From contig MU008155.1 in assembly GCA_010909165.1 (NCBI GenBank), forward strand, positions 2,046,001 through 2,110,000: 64,000 bases of DNA. The letters run 5' to 3'. Under the pieces are notes generated by a model. It worked only from the letters and a program-made list of their open reading frames with translations, was not told where the DNA came from and did not search any database. Below are positions 1 to 11,296 of the stretch, in pieces. Position 1 is the first letter of the stretch. The number at the start of each line of letters is the position of its first letter. This DNA is from Anthoceros angustus. Taxonomy: Eukaryota > Plantae > Anthocerotophyta. The translations under genes and the position numbers were made by a program.

Positions 1-282
1 CAAGGACAAGGGTATAACCCGTCAATTCTCTGTGGCTTGCACTACATAGTAAAATGGCATCACTGAACAACTCAACCAAACTCTTAAGTGCATGGCCAGG
101 GCCATGGTAGTAGGGCTTGCAAGCCTTAACATCAGCCTTCAGCTTCATATTTGCAGCCAAGAGGAAGAAGTTTGAAGATAGATATGTCCGAGAAACGGAT
201 TTTTCTGGGCTATGATGAAAGCATTCCAGTCAATGTAGCCTTGACACATTCACGCAGTGTTATCTATTTAGAAGAACTCTTC
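1..282 (+). mobile_element. Ty1/Copia integrase fragment (degenerate)
   Basis: Reads KDKGITRQFSVACTT*QNGITEQLNQTL, ...FLGYDES... and HSRSVIYLEE, matching the Copia integrase GIxHQxT..PQQNG.AER.NRTL and SRDVxFxE motifs. Contains stops and frameshifts. Confidence 0.8.
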
Positions 283-666
283 TAAGGCCCGTTTCACAAG
301 CCCGGTACATTTTTAGCGCATGTAAGTGACATGTGGCGTGTGCCAGCGCCACAGTGGGCAATGTATACCACTCCTGGCATGGCCACGGTGGGGGTTTTCC
401 TCGTTCCTCGTTTCACAAGACCGGTATATTTTTTCACATGTGGTCCCACGCTCTTTCACATGGACCCACCATTTTACCCATAGAGGTGTATATAAGGCTC
501 TAGCTTATGCGGTCAAAGGCGTTTCATTTGCTTCTTTTTCTCATAGGTGTGCAGGTTGGAGGTTGGAGCTTGGAGCTTGGAGCTTGGATTTTGAGTGGAG
601 GGCTTCACTAGTTTATCATGGTGAAGCTACTTCACATTCTTTGCTTTTGAATTTACTACCGTTCAT

Positions 667-1684
667 ATGTTGCAATACAATGAGGCAGGCACTAGCAGGG
701 GTTCACATGCACATAGGCGTAGCCGGCGTCATTGGGTCATTCAACGTTCTCAAATGTTCTGCCACAGCAGCCTTACGCGGACATACACTGCAGAGTTGTT
801 CAAGAACAGGATGCGTGTAAGTAGACCTACCTTTGACTTCATTTGTATGAAGTTGGCACCTATACTTCAAAAACAAGACAGAATTACTAGAGATGCAGTC
901 CCAGTGCATGCTCGAGTATCCATTAGTTTAATGCGCTTGGCTGGTGGGGATAGATTGTCCACTATTGCTGACCTGTATGGGTATAGTACATCTACTGTTC
1001 AAGGTATCGTATTACAATTTTGCAATGCTCTTAGGGCTATCTTGCATGATGTGTATATCCAATGGCCATCCAGGAGTAAGATGGAGATGTATGCAAGAGT
1101 TTGAGGCATTGAGAGGAATTCCTTATGTTATAGGAGCAGATGGTAGCCATATTCCCATCATAGCACCAAAAGAGTACCATGTCGACTATTATTGTAGGAA
1201 GGGGTTTCATAGTTGCTTGCTTCAATTAGTAGTGAATGCAAAAGGAATGGTTTGGGATTATGATTTCGGTTGGGCAGGTAGAATGAATGATTGGAACTTG
1301 TGGGAGCGGTCGGAAATTGGAAAGAGATGTGCAGCAGGTATGCTAGATGAGTTTGCCTTAGTGGGAGATGCAGGTTATTGGCCTCGAGTACATCTATTAA
1401 CTCCATTCTGTGGGCATAAAGATGGATCTACACCGGAGGAAGCCAATTGGAATTTTATTCAATCTAGTACTCGAATGGTGGTGGAAAGGACATACGGCAT
1501 GCTGAAAAGTAGGTTTCGTATTTTGCTAAAAAGAAATGATATGAAGTTGAAAAATGTGCCTTGTGTTGTTAGTGCATGCCTAGTATTGCATAACATGTGT
1601 GTGGAGCGTAATGATGGCTTTGAGGATGAATGGTTCAATCAAGCTACTCTTGAACTTCAAAGCTCCGCTTCTAGCAATCATTAG
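667..1684 (+). pseudogene. Harbinger DDE transposase (HARBI1/DDE_Tnp_4-like), frameshifted near 1097
   Basis: ORFs 667-1104 and 944-1684 join into one protein: RMRVSRPTFDFIC..., GADGSHIPI, LVGDAGY, RMVVERTYGMLKSRFRIL, ACLVLHNMC. The canonical GAIDG motif lacks its Ile codon. Confidence 0.9.
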
Positions 1685-2057
1685 CGGCGGACTCCACTGC
1701 AACAAGAAGCTTCAAGGGTAGCTGTAGAGACTTTGTATGAAATCAACAATGCATATAATAAGCATGGGCAAAGACGAAATATGGTGAATGTGGAAGACCA
1801 TGCCGATGGTGGAGACCAAAACCCATATGCAAGGGCTGGTTATAAACAAGGTGTGGGACGTTGGAGGGCTTTAGCCAAAAGCTTGTATGAATTGCGCTTG
1901 AAAAGATGGGCAAACGAGGTTTTGAGTCCAGAGTCTGAGACGGAGAACGAAGGTGAACAATAAAAACTAAAACACTTAAATTTCCAAAACCAGCCCTTGG
2001 CTCAAAGTCCGAGACCAAGGTGAACAATAGAAACTAGAAATGCAAATTCTACCAAAA

Positions 2058-2810
2058 CTAGCTCATGTGTTCTGCTTTGTGCATCAAGTATGTTGCCAAG
2101 TTGCCAAGTGTGTCGTTCATGGATTGGAGTAAAGTCAACTTCTGCGCTTCAGCCTTGTACTCTTGTAATAAACATTCTGTGTGCTTGGCCATCTGCTCCA
2201 TAGTTGCCGCCTTGGGTCTCCCTTTCTTGCCTTGTTCTCTTTTGGCCACATGTTAACGGGCTTGACCATCCGATTCTTGTGTATGGGCTCACAATCCGTG
2301 GTGGCTCAGGTTCACTCTCCAAACCATATGTGACATCCAAAAAGTAGAGCCCATGGTAGAGTCCATGAGCCCCCGGCGTAGCAAATGTCCTAGGAAGGAG
2401 CATGTGCATGGCAATTGACCACGTGACGCTTTACCATGGTATTCATCCATGAGATCAAAAACTTACATTTATCGGACCTTCCATGCCCACTTGTCTGTTC
2501 TCGGCTTTGTCCTTCCTGTAATCCTTCATAAGGCTCTTGTGCTTCTGACGACATGCCTCAGAATCCTTGTCGAAATCCGGGCAGACCGCACACAATCTCG
2601 TGTAGAGCTTGTTCCACACGTCGATACCTTGCTTGGGTGCTTTGTTGAAATCCTCCTCCATAGAACCCCTAAGGTGGATCAAGTGGATGGTATGGTGTTC
2701 AGTCCATTGTGGACCCCTTCCACCACTTGTCCTTCGAACCTGATCCTCCCCTTCAAGTTCCAAGTGTTTTTTGCTTTTCCCCCTACGCTTCTTTGACCTG
2801 TGTCCTGTGA
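2058..2810 (-). CDS. Harbinger Myb/SANT (trihelix) DNA-binding protein, multi-exon; 5' exon(s) not resolved
   Basis: ORF 2455-2763 has WTEHHTIHLIHLR...WNKLYTRL...SEACRQKHKSLMKDY, a trihelix signature. A coiled-coil C-terminal piece lies at 2058-2249. Confidence 0.8.
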
Positions 2811-3329
2811 AATTGGAACCTCATGACCAGTTTCTAGGTCAATGACATTGCCTGCAAGCCGCTTGAAACCGAGCCTAGCATGACACTTCCAAGCAGAGGC
2901 ATTGAGAATGCTTGCTGCTCATGAGGGGAGCATCCTTGTGATATTTGTTGACTTGGAGGTTGGCTCCACGTCTGAGAAGACTATTCAAAGTTGTAGCTTT
3001 GAACTGTCGACTCCCCTCCTGAGCCAAATAGATAACTTGAAAAAGTTTGGGAAGGCCGTCTTTGTAGTGAAGACTCACCACCATGACCTTGTTGCCGAGC
3101 CATAGCCAAACCTAAAAGCCTAGAAACCTGCCAAACCTGTTGAGATAGAGAGCTTATTATGTCAAGCCGAGGTTAGCCAGAAACTTTAGAGAGCCCGTTG
3201 TGCCATCCAAAAATTCGATTGCCACTGAATACCTTGGAATTACCTCACAGCAAGGCTGCAAGAGCGTGGCGACGATGGGCAGATCCCTCCACACAGCACA
3301 CACAAACTCAAGGACGCGGCTCTTCGGCG

Positions 3330-3570
3330 AGCACTCTTCTGGCGGCTAGCTCAACGGCGGGCATTCTCCTCCACGGCTCAATGGCGGGCACTCTTCGCGG
3401 CTAGCTCAGCGGCGGCATTCTCCTCCACGGCTCAATGGCGGGCACTCTCTGCGGCTCAAAGGCGGGCACTCTCCTCTGCGGCTCAGCAGCGAGCACTCTT
3501 CCGCGGCTAGCTCAACGGCGGCACTCTCCTCCTGTCCAGGCGGGCACTCTCCTCCTGTCCGCTCTCGAGA
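3330..3570. repeat. GC-rich imperfect tandem repeats (about 24-30 bp units) inside Harbinger-1
   Basis: Recurring GGCTCAA(T/C)GGCGGGCACTCTC / GGCATTCTCCTCCAC motifs. Confidence 0.8.
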
Positions 3571-3888
3571 GCGGCCTTCATACCTTGGGCGTGTTCGTGC
3601 TAGTTTTGTAAGCGCCCTTTCGTACAAGTTGGATAACATCACAGTAAAAAAACTTATAAAAATAAGAATTGACCTTCTATGCCATTGGTCCATGCAGGGT
3701 ACATAATAAATGTCAGAAAACACCGGCGGACTTGCCCGATGTTTTCTAACATCGAAAAACACCATGCCGTGGCATCCACGTAAGGGCCAGGGTGTGGGTT
3801 ATTTAGTCCTTGTGAACCGGGTACAAATTGACCCTCCAATCACATGAGGTGTGTCAGGATTTATACCAGGCTTGTGAAACGGGCCTAA

Positions 3889-4591
3889 TTATGGACTGCC
3901 CACAATTTGAACAAGGCAAGGCAGAAATGGCATCCATTCCATTCCGACAAGTGGTCGGCTTACTCATATACGTTGCAAACTGGACAAGACCAGAAATACA
4001 GTACCCTGTTAGCCAAGTCAGTCAAATCGTACACAATCCAAGAAAAATCCATTGGGTGGCTGTCAAGCGGGTGTACAAATACCTTACAGCCTCACCTAGA
4101 ATGGGAATTCACTATAGGAAACAAGAGAAAATACCTCGTACCTTGGTGGGTTATACTAATGTTGACTAGGGCTGAAAGCCTAATAACCGTACAAGTATTG
4201 GAGCCTACGTATTCCTGTTGAGTGGCGGTACAATTAGTTTGCAAGAAGATTGCAGCAATATGCACTTCAACAATTGAAAGTGAGTACATTGCCCTTTCCA
4301 TGATTGCAAAGCACTTGCTCTAGGGATGTAGCTTCCTCGAGAGTATAGACTGCCCACAGAACCACGCTACCACATAGTCATATACAGACAATCAGGCAGC
4401 TATAGCCATGGTGGCGAATCTCAGGTTCCATGGGCGGACCAAACACATCAAACTTAAACACCACTTTATTCGTGAAGTGGCAGCAAATAACAACAGGTCT
4501 GAACATAGCGGATGTCCTCACAAAGCCTCAACCTAAACACCAACACTTCAAGCATGCAGAGGGCATGGGCATATTTCCTTGCTTCAATTAG
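3889..4591 (+). mobile_element. Ty1/Copia RT C-terminus and RNase H fragment
   Basis: IPFRQVVGLLIYVANWTRPEIQYPVSQVSQ..NPRKIHWVAVKRVYKYL, STIESEYIALS, RTKHIKLKHHFIRE, ADVLTK. Confidence 0.9.
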
Positions 4592-4677
4592 AAACCCTCC
4601 AAGCCAGTAAGGTTCGGCCCTGCGACTGGCTGATCCCCGTGCTGCTAATCTTCCTCAATGGAAAGGATGGGAGAGGT

Positions 4678-5163
4678 TGTCCGTGTGATTCTTATCCTCA
4701 ACAAGAGCAAATCCAACTTAGGGACCAGAAGATCGTCCAAATGTCGAAAGCATCTTGGAGTGCCAGCAAGTCCAACCCGGTGCCTTATGTTGCTTGATTC
4801 CTGGCGCATTCTTGTCGCTCCATCCGAGCGTTCTCTTTTGTGGCCCAAAAAACACGGGATGGGACGCCGGGGTTTTCAGTCCGGACCCGGTCTCGCTAAT
4901 GGAAACCCGGTATGTCTAATACGTAATCGCTTTGCCTATAATGCAGTTGCCACCTATAAAAGGGGACACTCTCTCCATATGCTCATAGTCTCATGTTCTG
5001 TTGTTGTTCTATGCCTTTCGGGTTGTGTTGTTGTTTTGTGAGGTTTTCGTGGAGTGCTCCTCTGTCTATGTAGTTTTACTTAGGGATTTAATTAATTTAT
5101 GAATTTAATTATAATTTTGGTAGTTTAATCATTATGGATAGATTATTTTATTATTTTTTGTCA
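4678..5163 (+). repeat. Putative 3' LTR of the host Copia
   Basis: Follows the purine tract GGAAAGGATGGGAGAGG, starts with TG (4678), contains TATAAAAGGG and can end at TGTCA (5163). The partner LTR is not in the window. Confidence 0.4.
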
Positions 5164-5269
5164 ACTATGATGCAATCCACTCCTCTACTTAGGCAATCTC
5201 CTACCCCTTATGATTCTTGTAATGTACTATGTGTTTGTTGTCATTTTCTTATTCATGATGAAGGCAACC

Positions 5270-6413
5270 ATTGAAGAGGAGGTCACATGGTCAAGGCAAA
5301 AGCTATGGTGGAAATATCCTCGGTAAATAGCACTGCGGAGGGATGTCCACATGAAAGCTTAGCATGCAAATGGAACCGCCGTTCGTGATTCTCAATAGAG
5401 GTTTGCATATAGAATGTCCTACCCCAATTTTATGGCTTTGGTAAATCTACTACGACCTCACATTGTTTTTGCTTCTCTACACCAACCTCTTCATATAGAT
5501 CATGCAATTGTCATGGTGCTTCATCGACTTGCTCGAGGTTTGTCACCTCATATTATTGTTGACATGTATGGAGTTGGTGCAGCTACTGTGGTGCAGTACA
5601 CTTTATATGTCACAGAAGTGCTAAGCAATCCAGAGAAGTTGCTCTTGCAATTTGTCGCATGGCCGTCGTCACAGGCAACAGGTCATTTCTACCAAGTTTC
5701 AAGATCTTACAGGATTATCTAACATGGTAGGGTGCATTGATGGGTCACATATCAAGTTAGCGGCACACCCAAACAAGAACTATAACCCGGTTGCCTACTG
5801 GTGTAGACATGATATACATTCCATTGTCTTGCAAGATGTTTGTGATGTAGATAAACGTTTTTTGGATGTTTGCTGCACCCATCCAGGGGGAGTTCATGAT
5901 GCAACCATTTTGAAGGAGAGCAGTCTTTGGAAGAGAATGATGGAAGGCCATATTTTGAGTGAGCCTACAATGCAAGTACAAGGCCATGCTATTACTCCAT
6001 ACATTGTTGGAGATAATGCATATCCTCTTATGCCTTTTTTGTTGAAGCCATATGTTGCAACAAGTGGGCAGGATGAGAAAGCAAGATTCAACAGAAGCAT
6101 GCGTAGGGGTAGGGTGAAGATAGAGAATGCGTTCGCCTTGTTGAAGAACAAGTGGAGAATTTTGAAGAACTTGAATGTCAAGTTGAAATATGCATCCCAG
6201 GTGGTCATGGCTTGTTGTGCTTTGCACAATTATTGCATTACGGTAAATGAGCCCCAACCTATGGACATAGATGCAGACATGTACCCATTACACGATAAGG
6301 GGCATATCAATATATGGAAAGGAGTGTCTAGTAGAATATTGTACAACGAGGCAAAGGCTAGACGAGCATTATTTGAAGCTTGGAAGAGGAGTTCACAAAT
6401 GGTCGCGGAGTAG
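5270..6413 (+). pseudogene. Second Harbinger DDE transposase, frameshifted near 5680
   Basis: RMSYPNFMALVNLL..., VGCIDGSHIKL, IVGDNAYPL, RVKIENAFALLKNKWRIL, ACCALHNYC. Confidence 0.9.
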
Positions 6414-6821
6414 GAGGAGTTCACAAATCGAAGAACAGAAACTTTAGATTGCCCATTATATTTACATGAATATGATAGCATAAGTATATTTTTTATTACC
6501 TTACATTATGAATAAAATTATTATTTTTCACTTATTATAATTATCAAGATTTTACTCATTATCATCCGGACTCCGTGAGCACCGACATCTGGTGAACTGC
6601 GAGTCCGATGCTCATAAGCACCAGACTTTAGCAAGTCCGGTGGCAAGTCCAGTGCTTATCTTGTCCGGTAGCAGTGATATTTTCAAGCACGGATGCAACT
6701 CCGACCTACAGATCGGACTCTCCATATTGAAATAATGATCTAAGCATGCAATTGCCCAAAATCATGCAAGCAAAGACCGGCATGCCAAGTAAGGTTTGGG
6801 AAAACACCAAAAACATAGTCC

Positions 6822-7750
6822 TTATGAACGCTCTATGTGCCTATAGCCAGCTTTTGCCTTCTTAGGAGACCGTCCAGCAAGAGCTTTTACAATCTTCAAA
6901 TTGTTTTCCATTTGGAGCTGCTCTCTACGCATTTTGTGCTCTAACATGGCCTTATGCATCTCCAACTGCTGAGTCATCTTGGCAGCCTCTATAGCTTGAA
7001 GACATTGAGCAAAAGAGGCAAGTCCACTCAAAAAGGTCTTTGCCAAGACCAGTGGAAGACCGTCTTTGCTTCACTCATTTACCTTGAACAGTGTCATTGG
7101 ATTGTATACGTTTTTTTGTACTTGGGGATTCTTCATAACTCTCATCTTGAGAAGCCCTGCCAAATTACAGCGTATAGCAAGCATCATGGTCTTGGACACG
7201 GAAGCAGGTGCATGACGCTTGAGAACCTCAAGCGCAGGTACCGAAAAGAGAAGGAGACACGCTCAAGCACCGGCCAGGTCAACTCAACTTGGCCTCACTA
7301 CCAAGCCATGCCCTCTTTGTGCGAAGGTAACCCCAAATTTTCAGGTATTCCTAATGCAATGGACCCTGGCAGATTTGGTAGCACTCAGAAGCCAGATTTG
7401 GGTAGTTCAAGTGGGACTATGAAAGATCAGAAGGACAGCAATTGCGATGATGAATTTCCTAGTTTGACACCTTTTGCTTGCGCTGCTTAGCCGAAAGGCC
7501 TTGGAGATGACAAGTACTCCCCACTTCCTTTGCAATCTCGCTCCAATGTTGTTAGACAGATTTCCTGCCTTGAGATGCACCAAATGCATCTCGTGGTAGG
7601 CATCTATCAAGGTGGATGCTGCTTCATCCGTCCAATTGAGATCATTTGTTCTTCTTGCTTTAGCTGCTTGGTGTTTCGTAGGAGAGCCTAGAACGACATC
7701 CTCTTGCTCTTGATGCTCTTCAAGATTTGAGAAGATGGAGAAGGCCTCCT
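6822..7750 (-). pseudogene. Harbinger-2 Myb/SANT gene with an internal inversion (7218-7470)
   Basis: The minus strand gives WTDEAASTLIDAYHEM...HWSEIAKEV...AKQRKQK. The continuation LENLKRRYRKEKE...WPHY is on the plus strand at 7218-7470. The C-terminal coiled coil is on the minus strand at 6822-7046. Confidence 0.8.
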
Positions 7751-9218
7751 CCATCATGCTCACTAAGTATAAGCAAACAACAAGAGTCAAAGGCACTTGA
7801 GCACCGAGCTAGGCTGGACACAGCTGGTAGTCTAGCAAGCTGGGCGCGGCCAAAGGAATAAGGTTGGTAGTGGAATAGAGTTGGGAGTTCAGTATGGTGG
7901 CCACATGTTCCTGTCCCGACGCTTGCTCACCTCCGTATCCCTTATCATTAGGGTACAAAATTATGTTCTTCAGCTCCTTGAAAGCCACCCCTGTAGATCA
8001 CCGTTTGTACAACAGTGATGTAGAATACCTTTGTTTAGTTCGGCCCATGAGGACCTAGCTTGAGCCACTTGGTTTTCCTCTCCCTCGAAGAGTCCTTCCC
8101 TCGAAGACACCTTCTTTTTGGAAGCTGTAATAAAGCTACTAAAATATTCACCAAAAAAAAAGTTTATAGATTTGTGTGCTCTTTACATGGGAACATGCGA
8201 ATGAGCCAAGATACATGAGACTCTTCTTCCGAAGCCAGGAGTATGTGAAACCAGCCTAAGTATAGCACAAGTCCGACAATCGGAAAATATTGACACATGC
8301 AGTAGAAAAATTGATTGGAAATTGGAATTTTGGACGCACATTTTCGGAAGATCCCACCAGCCTTTTTGTCCATTGAGTTGATAAAAGTCGCAATATGAGA
8401 CCAGCGGCCTTTCTTGAGTTAGTTATGCTACCCCCTTTATTGCGCTGGCTCCCCTGTAACCACTGAATGCTTGGCCCTAATTTTTGGCATTTTCATGATT
8501 AAATATTTTTTACCTATAATTAATTCAACAAAAATCGGTTCGTCCTGCTCTTGCCATGACAAATACCAGCACACTTGGTTCTACATTCAATTTGGTTCAA
8601 AAAATAGAAACCCACTTGGTGTGACAATCACTAATTCCCAACCTTCTTGAAATATAATTGCGAGGGCGATTACGAGGGAGCATCTTTCTTTGGATACCAA
8701 CTTCTACTCTTTACGAGAGCGATTACGAGGGAACGTTTTCTTTGGATACCAACTTCCACGGCTCTTCTTGCCACCGCTCTTCTTGTTGAGCCGCTCTTCT
8801 TGTTGAGCAAATTTGATGAGGCCTTGCCCACAACACACCCAAACACACACAAACCTCGCCTGACGTTCCTCGGCCGGTGAAAAAAATTTGACGTCCAATA
8901 ATCCTGTTCCCAAATGCAATCGGAGTTCAAAGACCCTGTTTTATCCCGCATACCCCATAGCGATTAAGGCATGCCAGCAGGTATCTACCCTACTATCTAC
9001 CGCTTCGGATTCTGCGGCCGATGGCATTGGCAGCAAGCGGTTTCCTAGGTGGACATCAGGCCGGTGGGGGAGCGTGGACGCCCGAGTTTGTGGTGGATCT
9101 GAAAGCGTCTTGCCCATCGTAGGCGTGTAGGAGCCGATCCGGGGCACTGTTTCAAAACTAACTGCACCTTATGTACAAGATATTCTTCTCTGGTTGAGAA
9201 TGACATCGCCCCAAGTTC

Positions 9219-11062
9219 TCAAATGGAGAGCCGCCCACAGAGCTTCCATTTGGAATCAGGATCAAGCAGCAACTTCTCGAAGACCCAGAAGTCTTCCACC
9301 AGAACCTGACAAAAAAAAGAACCCATGCTAAGAGTTCACAGGGCATCATAACCAACCCAATGTCCACCTGGGAGCAGAACAGTTGCACTGTACCATACCT
9401 GCTTATCTGGGTCGCCCGCAACCACCTTGCCATGCTTGTCATATGCTGCGAATTTCTGATGTCAAGAAATGCACTAACATTTAGCACTAGCTGATGGAGG
9501 TACAAATAGGGATCGTATTTTTCATCAACCTACATACCTGATTGCTAATAATTCTTAAGGTAAGCTGTACAAAGGCATTGTCAGGATTCTTCTGGTCAAA
9601 CCCAAGCTGTGCAGAGCAGAAGAAGAAGTGTCAGTTGTCTAACAGAAAGCTTATAAATAGCTCTGGGGCTGACCAGATCCTAAGTGGTGGAAGCTTGTGC
9701 AAAGATAAAGGATGACAGCCAACAGCATTGACCACTCACCAGTCGGCCATGGACTGTTCCTACACTCTTAATCGGTCCAGCCAGTTCCCAATGCACCCGG
9801 GCCCAAGGACTATTTTCTCTGTGCTTCAGCTCCTTCTTCAATGCCTGTCACGTCAAGAGCCCTCCAGACAATATAGATGGTAGCCAAAATGAGCAACAGA
9901 CAGGAGGAGACTACTCATACAGCACTACGCATCAACTTGTTCTCCTATACTTGATCCAGGAAAGTCTGTAACCTCACCGACAGCACGTTATCCGTTACGA
10001 GGTGCCTCAAGGAAGACCTGTCTCCAGCTGCCAAAGCGCTGCTGATCTGAGGGCAAAAACTCCAGCTTCAACCAAATACTCTAGGAAGAACCGTACTTCT
10101 ATACCATTGTGCGTGAAAAGGCAAAAATGATTCAAACCAGCGGCAAGTCGAAGTTACAGATTGTGCCTCTTTGTATAAATCAGTAGCTTCTCGGTAAAAC
10201 TTTTTTTGCGAATAACCTTTAGTCTTCTGGCGCAATCTTGCTATGGTATACGCAGTCTTCAGCTGCAACCAGAAAGATAAATGATCCAATTATGCCGCCA
10301 GTTTCATATGCTGAGAACCACACCAAGGTGGAGAGAGTGGCCCACATACCACTGAGATAATACGAACTTTCCTCTGTTGCCATCCAGCTTTGGTAAACCA
10401 TCTATCACAGCACAAGACAGGTATAGTGGTTCAAGGAATGCAGTCATGAGAAACCGTCGGCTGTAAGGCAAATGCAAACGGAGCAGGAAACACACCGTTG
10501 AAAAAAGGGAAGCGGTGGTGGAGGGCGTGTGTACGGATCCCCAATGACTCCTGGACTCCCAACATACAGCTTCAACGTTCCCTGCTTCACCCAAACCGCA
10601 AATCTCACTGCTCAAGCCACACAAACAGCACGCAGCTGCCTCGCACCATCGCCCACAAACTGGGAGGGGGGAATACCCTTTTCTGCAAATGGGCAGGGAG
10701 GTGGGTAGCAAACCCTCGCCTGCTCAGCTGCGTGCTCGCAGCGGACGGCAGTTGCTGGTGCCCATCACTCCCGAATTCCCCAGACCCAGACAAGCGTAGC
10801 AACCCAGCCGCCGTTCGGGCCCATTGAGCAACGCCCACCCCAGCATGAACTGCAGAGAGAAGAGCTCAGATGACCAGATGACCGGATTACGAGATTTCCT
10901 AACGAAACTTACAGAGCATTCAAACAACTTACAATCGGCAGCTTTTTGTCGCAGACAGGCATCCACTTCCCATCCGACCCGGAGCTCCTGGCAAGCGATG
11001 CGACTCCCAGAAGAAGAAGAGATGCGCAGCAAGCGACCAGCTGATCGAGCCCACTGAGCCAT
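9219..11062 (-). CDS. Tim44-domain protein (mitochondrial mL45/MBA1-like), multi-exon
   Basis: Exons with GT-AG borders spell GSPGVIGDPY..PFFQRWFTKAGW, LKTAYTIARLRQK..FYREATDLYKE, ALAAGDRSSLRHLVTDNVLS, ALKKELKHRE, FVQLTLRIISNQ, KFAAYDKHGKVVAG and VLVEDFWVFEK..WKLCGRLSI* (stop 9219-9221). Confidence 0.85.
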
Positions 11063-11296
11063 TGCGGGTGTGTGACAAATTTGAACCCTAGCCCCCAGGT
11101 TTTGCCGCTGCCATGCCCCAGGCAGCCCTTCTTTAACTGGTATACGTTGTCATGAGAAAGGGACACGGACAAGGGAGCGCGCGACTCAAGGGTTTCCACC
11201 CACCAGTAGCACAAAGAGTTTGTAGCCGCTGGGAGCATCCTCTGCTGAGTTGCGGAAAGCAGGCCTGGGCGAGTCGCCTGAGGCGGCAGGACAGCG
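11063..11296. promoter_or_regulatory. Short divergent (bidirectional) promoter region
   Basis: The ATGs of the Tim44-like gene (11062, minus) and TAF9 (11297, plus) are separated by 234 bp head-to-head. Confidence 0.5.

Larger units (their letters stand above)
286..3885 (+). mobile_element. Complete PIF/Harbinger DNA transposon (3600 bp)
   Basis: TIR GGCCCGTTTCACAAGCCCGGTA (286-307) matches the reverse complement of 3864-3885 with 1 mismatch in 22 bp. TAA flanks both ends (283-285, 3886-3888). Contains convergent transposase and Myb/SANT genes. Confidence 0.95.

Noticed and set aside
4590-9150. TIRs and TSD for Harbinger-2
   Set aside because: Only a 5-bp GAAAC/GTTTC match was found, so no credible termini could be assigned.
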